Assembly: GCA_963668315.1 (NCBI GenBank)
Contig: OY764216.1
Coordinates: forward strand, 5,376,001-5,440,000
Length of the DNA stretch: 64,000 nucleotides
Reading direction: 5' to 3'
From: Spirochaetia bacterium
GTDB taxonomy: Bacteria; Spirochaetota; Spirochaetia; DSM-2461
The notes below the pieces were generated by a model, which worked only from the letters and a program-made list of their open reading frames with translations, made no database searches and was not told where the DNA came from. Positions within the stretch are counted from its first letter, which is position 1, and every line of letters starts with the position of its first letter. The position numbers and the translations under genes are program-made. This document shows, one piece after another, positions 9,908 through 19,347 of this stretch.

Positions 9908-10363
9908 ATGGGATTTTCACACGTAGACGAATCGGGAAAGGCCCGCATGGTGGATGTCTCCTCAAAGCCCGTTATTCACCGGACGGCAAGGGCCGAAGGG
10001 ATGATTCTCTGCCAGAGGAAGACGTTGGAACTGATAGGGGAAAACCAGATCAAAAAGGGAGACGTCCTGACGGTGGCCCAGATAGCCGGAGTCATGGGCG
10101 CCAAGGAGACGTCGGCCCTTATTCCCTTGTGCCATAACATAGCCATAGACCAGATTACCGTGGAGCTGACCCCCGAAGAGAAGGGTATCAGAATCCGTTC
10201 GAAAGCCGTCTGCACCGATAAGACCGGGATCGAGATGGAAGCCCTTACCGCCGTGTCCGTAGCGGCGCTTACCGTCTATGACATGTGCAAGGCCGTGGAC
10301 AAGTCTATGGAGATCACGGGAATCAGGCTCCTGGAAAAGACCAAGGAAGAGATCCGCCGATGA
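9908..10363 (+). CDS. moaC: Cyclic pyranopterin monophosphate synthase
   Basis: SHVDESGKARMVDVS, LIPLCH, TGIEMEALT, YDMCKAVD. Confidence 0.97.
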   Translation: MGFSHVDESGKARMVDVSSKPVIHRTARAEGMILCQRKTLELIGENQIKKGDVLTVAQIAGVMGAKETSALIPLCHNIAIDQITVELTPEEKGIRIRSKAVCTDKTGIEMEALTAVSVAALTVYDMCKAVDKSMEITGIRLLEKTKEEIRR

Positions 10364-10830
10364 CCATAACGATCATTACGGTCAGCGACCGGGCCAGCCG
10401 GGGAGAATACGACGATCTCTCCGGGCCGGAAATAGCGGGAATCCTCAGGGAATCCTATCCCGACTGCCATATAGAGAGAACGATTGTTCCCGACGAAAAA
10501 GAGGATATTCTGCGCGCCTTCGAAGGGGCCGCCGGAGACGATTACATCCTCACCACAGGCGGGACGGGTTTGTCCCCGAGGGATATCACGCCGGATGTGA
10601 CAAAAACCTACTGCGACAGGGAACTGCCGGGGATCTCCGAAATTCTCAGAAGGGAATCCTACAGGGAAACACCCCATGCCATGCTCAGCCGGGGATATTC
10701 CGGCCTTAAGGGAAGTACGGTCATCGTCAACTTCCCCGGCTCGGTCAAGGCGGTGAAGCTCTGTACGAAAATCCTTGTGCCCATCATGGAGCACTGCCGT
10801 AAAATGCTCAGGGGCGAGGGGCATGAATAA
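10360..10830 (+). CDS. mog: MogA/MoaB-family molybdopterin adenylyltransferase
   Basis: ITVSDR, D.SGP, TTGGTGLSPRDITPD, NFPGS; ATGA overlap with the moaC stop places the start at 10360. Confidence 0.9.
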   Translation: MTITIITVSDRASRGEYDDLSGPEIAGILRESYPDCHIERTIVPDEKEDILRAFEGAAGDDYILTTGGTGLSPRDITPDVTKTYCDRELPGISEILRRESYRETPHAMLSRGYSGLKGSTVIVNFPGSVKAVKLCTKILVPIMEHCRKMLRGEGHE

Positions 10831-10944
10831 AGCCGGAAAATGTCCTTTTTCCAGGGAAATACTCTATAATTAATAGTGTGAAGGATTGCATATTTCTGCA
10901 TACACCGGGTGAGAATGATTTCTTCACCGAGGAGTATAAGAAGA

Positions 10945-11718
10945 ATGAAAAGGTGCCGATTTTTCTTTATACTGGTTCTGATCACCCTGCCTCTCTGCGC
11001 TATGACCGAAGAGGAACTGCGGTCTGAATTCATGAAAACCCTGATAATTCCCAGCATAGAGGGGGAATTTCATATCACCCTGATCTCCCAAAGGGGTGAT
11101 GAAAGAAAAATCATAGCCCGGATATACCAGAAACGGATGGAAGAGAACCGTATAGGACGGCTCTTCCTCTTCGAATTCCCCCCCTCCATAAGGGGAACGG
11201 GGCTTCTTATCCACTCGTGCCTTGACGGAAGCGCCGATAACATGTGGATCTATCTTCCCGCCGTTAACAGAGTAAAACGGATAGCCCTGGAGTCCTCGGG
11301 AGGGGGCTATTTCATGGGGTCCGACTTCACCTATCTGGACCTTCTCGACCATGACCGGGACGATAGGGAATACGAGCTTCTAGATGACGCCCTGATTGAC
11401 TGCGTCGATTGCTACACCCTCAGGACAAGGGGCATAACGGAGGAACTCCGCCGGGAAATCGGCTACTCCTATACCTTGAACTATCACAGGAAGGACAATT
11501 TCATGGTGCAGAGAATCGAATATTTCGATCTGGCCGGGGAGCTTCTCAAGGTTTATTGCGCCGAAGGATTCCTGGATTTCGATCCGGGGATCTACCCCGT
11601 CAAGGTCACGATGACCAATGTTCAGACCGGCCACCGCTCGATTATCGAAATGGTCAATACCAGCAGCGCAGAAATCCCCGACAGTTTTTTTACAGCCCGC
11701 TACCTTATGGACCATTAG
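10945..11718 (+). CDS. Outer-membrane lipoprotein-sorting (LolA-like) protein
   Basis: Signal peptide; F..P..IRGTGLL, WIYLPA..RVKRI, FMGSDFTY.DL motifs; start codon uncertain. Confidence 0.8.
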   Translation: MKRCRFFFILVLITLPLCAMTEEELRSEFMKTLIIPSIEGEFHITLISQRGDERKIIARIYQKRMEENRIGRLFLFEFPPSIRGTGLLIHSCLDGSADNMWIYLPAVNRVKRIALESSGGGYFMGSDFTYLDLLDHDRDDREYELLDDALIDCVDCYTLRTRGITEELRREIGYSYTLNYHRKDNFMVQRIEYFDLAGELLKVYCAEGFLDFDPGIYPVKVTMTNVQTGHRSIIEMVNTSSAEIPDSFFTARYLMDH

Positions 11719-11733
11719 GACCGCCGGGAGATA

Positions 11734-12618
11734 TCAGGAAAACAGGTTTAACTGCCCGTTATCCTCTTTCTCCTCAAAGGCGGAGAGATAGGAGAAAATC
11801 CCATTGATATCGCTTGCCATACCGTTCTCGCCGCATCTCCGGTGGAAAAGCTCCATCAGCTCCCTGTTCCTGGGACTGTTGACCTCATAGCTCGTTCCGT
11901 AATGGTGAATATATTTCTGTTTCATTCCGGGAAAGTGCCGGTCCAGTTTCGCATAGAAGTACTCCCGGTTCCCCTCCCGGAGGGTCAGGCCCATGGCAAA
12001 GCAGATGATTCCGTACACTCCGGCTTCGATGCAGCAGTCGAGGAGGCCGTTAATATTTTCCTCCGTATCATTGATAAAAGGGAGGATGGGATCCAGCCAG
12101 ACAACGGTTTCGATGCCGTTCCGGTTGAGGGTTTTCAGAACGTCTACCCTTTCCCCGGTGGTGGACACGCGGGGCTCAATGATACGGCAGAGGTCTTCAT
12201 CCATGGTGGTAAGAGTCATCTGCACGATGCATCGGGCCTTCTCATTAATCCTCATTAAAAGATCCAGATCCTGCAGAATCAGAGCGGATTTCGTCTGGAT
12301 GGCCAGCCCGAAACCATATGTCTCAATTATCTCCAGACAGCTCCGGATATTCCTCAGGTTCAGGGGCAGCGGGATATAGGGATCGCTCATGGCTCCCGTG
12401 CCAATCATGCACTTTTTCCGCTTCCCCCTCAGTCTGGCTTCCAGCAGCTCCGGAGCATTGCTTTTGATCTCCACATCCTCAAAATCATGGTCCATGCCAT
12501 AGCAATGGCTCCGGGCGTCGCAGTAGATACAGCCATGGGTGCAGCCGCGGCTGATATTCATACCGTTTTTCTGAGACAATATTCCCTTGTAATCCTTCAG
12601 ATGCATATCGTCCTTCAT
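11734..12618 (-). CDS. Radical SAM protein, spore photoproduct lyase (SplB)-like family
   Basis: RGCTHGCIYCD, GTGAMSDPY, QTKS, EPRVSTT.ER, PILPFIND; start codon uncertain. Confidence 0.85.
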   Translation of the reverse strand: MKDDMHLKDYKGILSQKNGMNISRGCTHGCIYCDARSHCYGMDHDFEDVEIKSNAPELLEARLRGKRKKCMIGTGAMSDPYIPLPLNLRNIRSCLEIIETYGFGLAIQTKSALILQDLDLLMRINEKARCIVQMTLTTMDEDLCRIIEPRVSTTGERVDVLKTLNRNGIETVVWLDPILPFINDTEENINGLLDCCIEAGVYGIICFAMGLTLREGNREYFYAKLDRHFPGMKQKYIHHYGTSYEVNSPRNRELMELFHRRCGENGMASDINGIFSYLSAFEEKEDNGQLNLFS

Positions 12619-12747
12619 TTTACCCCGCAACGGACGGGAGCTTCAATCCTTCCGGGAATATCCCGATTATGTCCCGGCCGTCCTTCTCACTCCCTCCGGT
12701 GAATGGTATACTGAGGCTTACCCATAGGGATAGGGGATTACTCAAAA

Positions 12748-13392
12748 ATGGCACATACCGGAAAGCTCATACCAGTAATACTGATTCTCCTGCTGGCCCA
12801 GTCTCTCCTCACCGCGGGCGGCGGACAGCTGGGTTTCAGCGCCAGTTTCTGCGGCGGGCTCCCCTCGGGGAAGGGATTATGGGACTGGACGGATCTCGAA
12901 GACAGGGGAACCCTCTACTGGAACTGGGGAGGCGGAGCCGGGATTTCCGGACGCCAATTCCTCGGGGAAAAGGTCCTTATCGAAGAGGGGGCGAATCTCG
13001 TTTACATACAGGCGGATCAGCAGCTGGGAAGCACGCGCTATACCTATACCCAGTACTCCCTGGAGATTCCCCTTCTCGTAAAAACGCGGCTTCCCTTTAA
13101 AAATCCGTCCTATCTGGGCGTCGGTCCCGATCTGGTTTTCCTGCCCTTTGAGGGAACGATGAACTCCCTTTCCTCCCGGCCCGACCGATTTTTCATGCTG
13201 GCCCTGAACGCCGGAATGGATGTCCTGATGCGCTCCACATCCGCGTCCGACCTGTTCTTCTCCTTTCACTTCGTCCACCCCCTCACCTCTCCCCGATACG
13301 GCTGGATTGAGGAAAGCAGCGGCAGCGTGCGGATCAACCGGGTTGAACTAACCGCTTCCTGGTTCTTTAATCTGGGAGACGGGAAGCGGTGA
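12748..13392 (+). CDS. Outer-membrane beta-barrel (porin-family) protein
   Basis: Signal peptide; YSLEIPLL strand motif; paralogous to the next gene. Confidence 0.6.
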   Translation: MAHTGKLIPVILILLLAQSLLTAGGGQLGFSASFCGGLPSGKGLWDWTDLEDRGTLYWNWGGGAGISGRQFLGEKVLIEEGANLVYIQADQQLGSTRYTYTQYSLEIPLLVKTRLPFKNPSYLGVGPDLVFLPFEGTMNSLSSRPDRFFMLALNAGMDVLMRSTSASDLFFSFHFVHPLTSPRYGWIEESSGSVRINRVELTASWFFNLGDGKR

Positions 13393-14027
13393 AAAGAGAG
13401 GCCCTCCTCTGTATGATCCTGATGATAACCTTCACTCCCCTCTTCGGACACAGTTTCCATGCGGGGCTGGAAGAGAGCGCCGGAATTGCCATTGGGACGG
13501 GAAAGGGGAACTGGGACTGGACCGATTCATCCCGGGATATTCAGCGCTACACCCCGTTCACACCGGGTATCGCCCTTGTGACAGCCTATGATCTGGGGCC
13601 TTTTTTTCAGATGGAGGGGGGAGTAGGCTATTACTGGAACAGCAACGAATTGGCCAACGGGGAGAGCCGATGGGTCTACGAACAGCAGACCCTGGAATTT
13701 CCCCTGGCCCTGCGTCTCTTTTTCGTTCCCCGGGAAAGAGGATTCTACGTAAAGGGCGGAACGGCCCTGATGATACTGACCGGAAAGGCCACCTTCCACA
13801 ACAGGGAAACCCGGGAAGATCTCCTTTTATCGGGCAGGGCCAGAAACAGATTCCATGGGGGACTTCAGATCGGCCTGGGCTATCAGGCGAAGCTGCTCAG
13901 GGGGCTGGGAGAAATAGAGGCAAAGTACATAACCTTCTACACCTCTCCCGATTATGTACGGACCGACGGCAGTCTGGGGGATATCCGTTTTCACCGTTTC
14001 GGTGTAAATTTCCGTTATTACTTCTGA
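13389..14027 (+). CDS. Outer-membrane beta-barrel (porin-family) protein
   Basis: Signal peptide; QTLEFPLAL; C-terminal FGVNFRYYF beta-signal; GTGA overlap with the upstream paralog. Confidence 0.65.
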   Translation: MKREALLCMILMITFTPLFGHSFHAGLEESAGIAIGTGKGNWDWTDSSRDIQRYTPFTPGIALVTAYDLGPFFQMEGGVGYYWNSNELANGESRWVYEQQTLEFPLALRLFFVPRERGFYVKGGTALMILTGKATFHNRETREDLLLSGRARNRFHGGLQIGLGYQAKLLRGLGEIEAKYITFYTSPDYVRTDGSLGDIRFHRFGVNFRYYF

Positions 14028-14121
14028 AAAAGGCCCGGTATACCTGCTGTCCGGGAGGGAGTGTCAAGTCCTTGAAGGGCAGGTAGTTTACTGATAAGAT
14101 ATCTACTTTGAGGAGATTCAG

Positions 14122-16515
14122 ATGAAGAAGTTGTCATTGCGATGGATTCTCATTTTGGGGATGCCCGGTCTGGTGATAGGAATGGTATCCCTTATTACCC
14201 TCTCTACCTACCTCTCCTCAAAACAGGCTTTCACTCACCACATACGGGATATCATGAGGAATATCTCCTCCTATACCATTGATAAGTCCCGGAGCCATCT
14301 CAATCCCGCCAAGGACGCCGCCCTCCTGACCAGCGGTCTGGCCGTGAGCAAAATCGTCACATCGAGCAAGAAGAGCGAGATGGAGAGCTACTTTTACGAA
14401 CAGCTTCTGGTAAATGCCCAGATTTCCAGCATTTACTACGGAACGGTGGAAGGGGAATTCGTCATGGTCTCCCGGGACGACCACGAAGGCTTCCTGACGA
14501 AGATCATCACCATTGACAACGGGGACAGAAACGTACTTTTCAAAGAGATGGACAAAACCTTTTCGGAACTGTACCGCTATAAGGAACCGAACGATACCTA
14601 TGATCCCCGGAAGCGGCCCTGGTTCAAGGATGCGATTAACGAGAAAAAGCTTATCTGGACCGATCCCTATGTCTTCTTCACATCCCGGAATCCCGGCATT
14701 ACCACGGCAAGTCCCGTCTATAATGCCAACGGCTCGCTGCACGGCGTGGTCGGGGTGGATATAGAGATATCCGAATTGTCCGATTTCATCAGCACCCTGA
14801 GTATCGGTGCAAGCGGGAAGGCGTTCATCCTCGATAACAACGGCCAGGTTCTGGCCTACCCCGAGAAGGAGAAAATCACCCATAAAACGGGGGAAAGCGA
14901 TACGGTCAGCCTCGTATCCATAGGGGAACTGGACGACCCGATCAGCCAGGAAGCATACAACGCCCTCAAATCGATTGAGTATGATCTGAACGGCGACAGC
15001 GAGATTTTCTTTACCTTCAAGCATGAGGGAAGAGTCTACCAGGCGATGTTCGCCCCCTTCAGGGCATCATACTGGCCGTGGCTTCTGGGAATCTATGTGG
15101 CGGAAGATGACTATATCGGCGTGATCAAGGAGAACAGGAACTACTCCGTTATCCTCTCCTTCGCCCTGGGGCTCATTACAGCCCTGATCGGTTTCCTTAT
15201 CACCCGAAGCATAGTCACCCCTCTGAACAAACTGCAGCTCGCCGCCAAGGAAGTGGCAAAGGGAAACCTGGATAAACCGCTGAAAAATGAGACGATTTAC
15301 CGGGAGCTCGATGAAACGGCGGAGATGTTCGAACTCATGAGGTCCGGTCTTAAGGAGAAAAAAAGAATAGAGGAGCAGTTCCAAAGAACCCAGAAGGTGG
15401 AGTCCATTGGAAGACTGGCCGGAGGAGTCGCCCACGATCTGAATAACCTCCTCACCCCGATTCTGGGTTACAGCGAAATTCTCATGCTGCGCCTGTCCGA
15501 TGACAAGAAAAAGCAGGGCCAGGTCAGGCAGATTCATAAGGCGGGCATCAAGGCAAAGGACCTGGTGAAACAGCTGCTGGCCTTCAGCCGCAATCAGGAG
15601 CTGGAATACAAACCCCTCGATCTGAACGGGGTGGTCTCCGGATTCCTGAATCTGCTGAGAAGAACGATCAGGGAAAACGTCGCCATCGAATTCTCAGGTT
15701 CCGACAGGCCTCCCGTTATTCTGGCCGACCAGGGCAAGATCGAACAGGTGATCATGAACCTTGCCGTCAACGGCCAGGACGCCATGCCGGACGGAGGCAC
15801 GATCCGAATAAGCATCTCCCTCGTCGAAAGGGAAGAACTGCCTGTGGAAATACGCCGGGAAGCGGAGAAAGAGCATTTCGCCCTCCTGACTGTCAGCGAC
15901 GAGGGCTGCGGAATGGACGAAGAGACCCAGAAGCATATATTCGAGCCATTCTTTTCGACCAAGGGAGAATTCGGCAACGGCCTGGGACTGGCGACAGTTT
16001 ACGGTATCGTCAGCCAGCATCACGGAAGAATCCTTGTCCGGAGCCGGTCTGATGAGGGCAGTACCTTCGAGGTCTATCTGCCCCTCTCCGATGAATCGCA
16101 GATCAGCGCAGCCTCGCCGGCCTCTCCGGAGAAATCGATCAGAGGAAGGGAAACCATTCTCGTGGCCGAGGACAACACCCAGGTCATGGAACTGACAAGG
16201 ACGATACTTGAAGATCTGGGATATGAAGTTATGTCGGCGGATAACGGTTTGACAGCTCTTGATATGCTGAACAGCGGCAGAGATCAGATTGATCTGCTTC
16301 TGAGTGATGTCATCATGCCTGAAATGAATGGAAAGGAACTCTTTGATAGAGCCCGTCAGGTTCACCCCGGTCTGAAAGTGCTTTATATGTCCGGCTATAC
16401 CGATAACAACATCGTTTCCCTCAGAGAAATAGAAAAGGAGCCGAACTTTATCCAGAAGCCCTTCTCCGCCACCGACCTGGCCCATAAAATACGCCAGATA
16501 CTGGATGGCAGATAA
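14122..16515 (+). CDS. Hybrid sensor histidine kinase (dCache-HAMP-HisKA-HATPase-REC)
   Basis: TM; YDPRKRPWF..WTDPY Cache motif; TM; HAMP; AHDLNN H-box; N/G/F boxes; SDVIMP receiver. Confidence 0.93.
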   Translation: MKKLSLRWILILGMPGLVIGMVSLITLSTYLSSKQAFTHHIRDIMRNISSYTIDKSRSHLNPAKDAALLTSGLAVSKIVTSSKKSEMESYFYEQLLVNAQISSIYYGTVEGEFVMVSRDDHEGFLTKIITIDNGDRNVLFKEMDKTFSELYRYKEPNDTYDPRKRPWFKDAINEKKLIWTDPYVFFTSRNPGITTASPVYNANGSLHGVVGVDIEISELSDFISTLSIGASGKAFILDNNGQVLAYPEKEKITHKTGESDTVSLVSIGELDDPISQEAYNALKSIEYDLNGDSEIFFTFKHEGRVYQAMFAPFRASYWPWLLGIYVAEDDYIGVIKENRNYSVILSFALGLITALIGFLITRSIVTPLNKLQLAAKEVAKGNLDKPLKNETIYRELDETAEMFELMRSGLKEKKRIEEQFQRTQKVESIGRLAGGVAHDLNNLLTPILGYSEILMLRLSDDKKKQGQVRQIHKAGIKAKDLVKQLLAFSRNQELEYKPLDLNGVVSGFLNLLRRTIRENVAIEFSGSDRPPVILADQGKIEQVIMNLAVNGQDAMPDGGTIRISISLVEREELPVEIRREAEKEHFALLTVSDEGCGMDEETQKHIFEPFFSTKGEFGNGLGLATVYGIVSQHHGRILVRSRSDEGSTFEVYLPLSDESQISAASPASPEKSIRGRETILVAEDNTQVMELTRTILEDLGYEVMSADNGLTALDMLNSGRDQIDLLLSDVIMPEMNGKELFDRARQVHPGLKVLYMSGYTDNNIVSLREIEKEPNFIQKPFSATDLAHKIRQILDGR

Positions 16516-16568
16516 AAAAACCGGAAAGCCCCAGTGAAAGGAGCTTCCCGGCATCCTGTTATTTTTTC

Positions 16569-19013
16569 CTATTTACCGGTTACCGAGTTAGCCGCCACGC
16601 GGCCCGATACGATAACTTCCGATACGGCGTTTCCGCCGAGACGGTTACCAGCGAAGATTCCGCCGGTCACTTCACCCGCCGCCCAGAGCCCGGGTATGAT
16701 TTCCCCGTTCTCGTTCAGCACATGGCGGTCGATGTCGATGGACAGACCTCCCATGGTATGGTGTGTGGAGGGAGCCAGGTAACGGAAGGAAAGCAGCCCG
16801 TCGTCATCAAAGCTGCCGTCCGCCTTATAGTTCCCGATCAGGGCAACGGCGGCCATTTTGGGAATTTCCAGCTCGGGAGTCGTTCCGTTCTTGTAGGCCT
16901 CATCGTAGTCTGCGATTGTCTTCTTCAGCGTGTCGTAATCGATGCCCAGCATCTCGGCCCCCTCGGTCAGAGTGCAGAAGTACTCCTCGTTGGGCCTGTT
17001 GTTGGCGGCCGTATTGTCCCGGGCGTTGGAGACCTGGATAAAAAGGCCGTCCTTGCCGCCCCAGTCATAGGCACCCTGGGCCAGAACATCCCGTTCCGCC
17101 GATTCATCGACATAGCGCTTGCCCGCATTGGGAGTGCCGGCGGGGCTTACGAAAATAACATCCTCGCCCCGGCCGTAGGCCAGAAAACCGGTGGTCTTCC
17201 AGCTTATGGGCATCAGCTGGGCGAAGCCCATGCCTTCCGTGGCGGCTCCCACTTTCTTTGCCATGGTGATTCCTTCGCCCATGGCCAGGGAGCGGTTGGT
17301 GGTTTTGATATTGACCGTCAGGTATTTGGGATTCCAGTACTCGTTGGTCTCCACCACCATCTCCGGGTTGTAGCCGTAACCGCCGGTGGCGAGAATGACG
17401 CCTTCTTTCGCGGTAATCTCCACTTCGGTTCCGTCATACTGAACCGCTTTGACGCCGGTAACGCGGCCGGATGCGTCGGTAACAAGCTCTTTAGCCGTGG
17501 TGCGGTAGTACACGTGGTTCTTGTCATTGGCGGTAAGCATGGTGTTCAGAGGCACGGCGAAGTAGGTTCCCCAACGTCCCGGAACTTCCACTCCGTTCAC
17601 AACACCCCCGTCAAAGGGGTTGATTCTCTGCCAGAGACAGCCGATCAGGGTCCGGGTAGCCTGGGTGTTATCGAATTTGGACCCCTGCCCGATCAGCCAG
17701 GCTTTGGTGTCCTGGATGCCCGTGCAGATCTGTCTGACCAGATCGTAATCACTGTAGATCCAGTGGCTCTTGTCAAAACTGACTCTCACGCCGCCGTAGT
17801 AGGTCTGGAAGATGTAGAGCTCGATCGTACTGAAAAGGGTCAGGTCCGTTTCGCTCTTTCCCGCCGCCAGCTGGGGCTCGGCCCAGGCAAGGTAAGCCCG
17901 GATCTGGCTCTTCAACGTTTTGAGGGTAGAGAGGTACTCCTGATGCACACCGCGGTTGGCCAGGTCGTAATCTTCCACGTTCTCCACATCGGCGGAAACG
18001 GTTTCGTCGAAGGGTTTCTCATTCCAGCTGAGAATCCATTTCAACGTATCGATACGGCCCTGTTCGGACTTGGACTTCTGAAGGGTCTCACCGGTGGGTT
18101 CGTAGTATCCAGAGGTAGCGTCCGGATTTTTCGGATCCCAGACCATGCACTCCATGACATTCTGGAAAGAGCATCCCGAAACGAGGGTATTTCCGCCCGC
18201 ATCGGCCTCTTTCTCAATGATACAGACGGTCGCACCGTTCATGGCGGCCTGAGCGCCAGCCATGACTCCCGCACCGCCGGCACCGACGATAACCACATCA
18301 TAGCTCTCTTCAATCTTGGTACCGGGCGTCAGGACATAGGGCTTGGCGCCGACACGCAGAGCGGGAAGATCGCATCCGGCCTGATTCGCCGCGTCTTCCA
18401 CGGCAGCGAGGACGGCATTGCTGGTATAGGTAGCTCCGGAAACCACATCCACTCCGGTGGAGGTGCAGTCCATGATCTCCTTGAAGATTATATCATAGGC
18501 ATAGGTACCCACATGATCGGTCTCATGGGACTCGGCCACGTTAATGCCGGTGATCGCCGAATCGGAAAAGGTCACGTCCAGTTTCACGGGGCCGTAGAAG
18601 CCGCCGCCCGTACCGGTATAGGAGCCGGCTTTAAAGGCGATCTCTCCCACTTCCACTTCCTTTCCCTGGGCCTGAGCCAGAGCGGAGGCGGCGGCTTCCT
18701 TGACCGCTTTGGTCGTTACGGAAGCTCCGGAGACACCGTCCACGTCGGCGGACTGCTCATCGAGAATCTGCTTTACCAGGGTTTTGTAGGCTTCTGCGGC
18801 AAAACCCTGGCCGCCCTCTTCATCGGTAATATCGACAGAGGTGATTTTGCTCTCGTCAACGGTTAATGTTACCGTGACATCGCCGTGCATGGCTTCCGCC
18901 GATGCCGAATATGTTCCGGGGGCAAAATCGTTGCCCTTGCCGCAAGCGGCCATGAACAGCATTCCCGCCGTTATAAGCAACAACGACAGAAAACGAAAAA
19001 CTTTGGATTTCAT
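16569..19013 (-). CDS. Lipoprotein flavocytochrome-c-family reductase (UrdA/fumarate reductase-like) with two FMN-binding domains
   Basis: Lipobox MAA-C; DGVSGAS and DVVSGAT flavinylation motifs; GAGGAG FAD site; LATGG; QLMP; HHTMGG; NRLGGNA. Confidence 0.88.
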   Translation of the reverse strand: MKSKVFRFLSLLLITAGMLFMAACGKGNDFAPGTYSASAEAMHGDVTVTLTVDESKITSVDITDEEGGQGFAAEAYKTLVKQILDEQSADVDGVSGASVTTKAVKEAAASALAQAQGKEVEVGEIAFKAGSYTGTGGGFYGPVKLDVTFSDSAITGINVAESHETDHVGTYAYDIIFKEIMDCTSTGVDVVSGATYTSNAVLAAVEDAANQAGCDLPALRVGAKPYVLTPGTKIEESYDVVIVGAGGAGVMAGAQAAMNGATVCIIEKEADAGGNTLVSGCSFQNVMECMVWDPKNPDATSGYYEPTGETLQKSKSEQGRIDTLKWILSWNEKPFDETVSADVENVEDYDLANRGVHQEYLSTLKTLKSQIRAYLAWAEPQLAAGKSETDLTLFSTIELYIFQTYYGGVRVSFDKSHWIYSDYDLVRQICTGIQDTKAWLIGQGSKFDNTQATRTLIGCLWQRINPFDGGVVNGVEVPGRWGTYFAVPLNTMLTANDKNHVYYRTTAKELVTDASGRVTGVKAVQYDGTEVEITAKEGVILATGGYGYNPEMVVETNEYWNPKYLTVNIKTTNRSLAMGEGITMAKKVGAATEGMGFAQLMPISWKTTGFLAYGRGEDVIFVSPAGTPNAGKRYVDESAERDVLAQGAYDWGGKDGLFIQVSNARDNTAANNRPNEEYFCTLTEGAEMLGIDYDTLKKTIADYDEAYKNGTTPELEIPKMAAVALIGNYKADGSFDDDGLLSFRYLAPSTHHTMGGLSIDIDRHVLNENGEIIPGLWAAGEVTGGIFAGNRLGGNAVSEVIVSGRVAANSVTGK

Positions 19014-19347
19014 CTTTTTGTTCTCCTCCTTACTCTTTCTCCCCCTGTCCGGCAGAAAATACTCTAACAGCACAGGACAATCCGCCGGCCCTTCACGTCG
19101 GGGAGAAATCGTTCAACAAATATAGATAATATTTTATTTAATCACCGCCCCGGACGTTTTGGCAAGAGTTTTACGGTTACAATTTTTCCCTTCCGGTTTC
19201 AATATGGAGGGTTCCCGGAAATCCCACCGCCCTATGATCAGACAAGCCCCTGTTGAAGCCCTTCTCCCCTTGTACAAACCTTCCCATTCCCGTAAAATGT
19301 GTACGGTCGTTTTCATAGGAACGCCTTTTACGGCCGCATATTTACAA

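Noticed and set aside
16722..18866. 714 aa plus-strand ORF (likewise 1996..3681, 49628..50902, 54229..56703, 58540..60381, 58952..60112)
   Set aside because: Antisense or alternate-frame shadows of well-supported genes in GC-rich DNA, with no recognisable motifs
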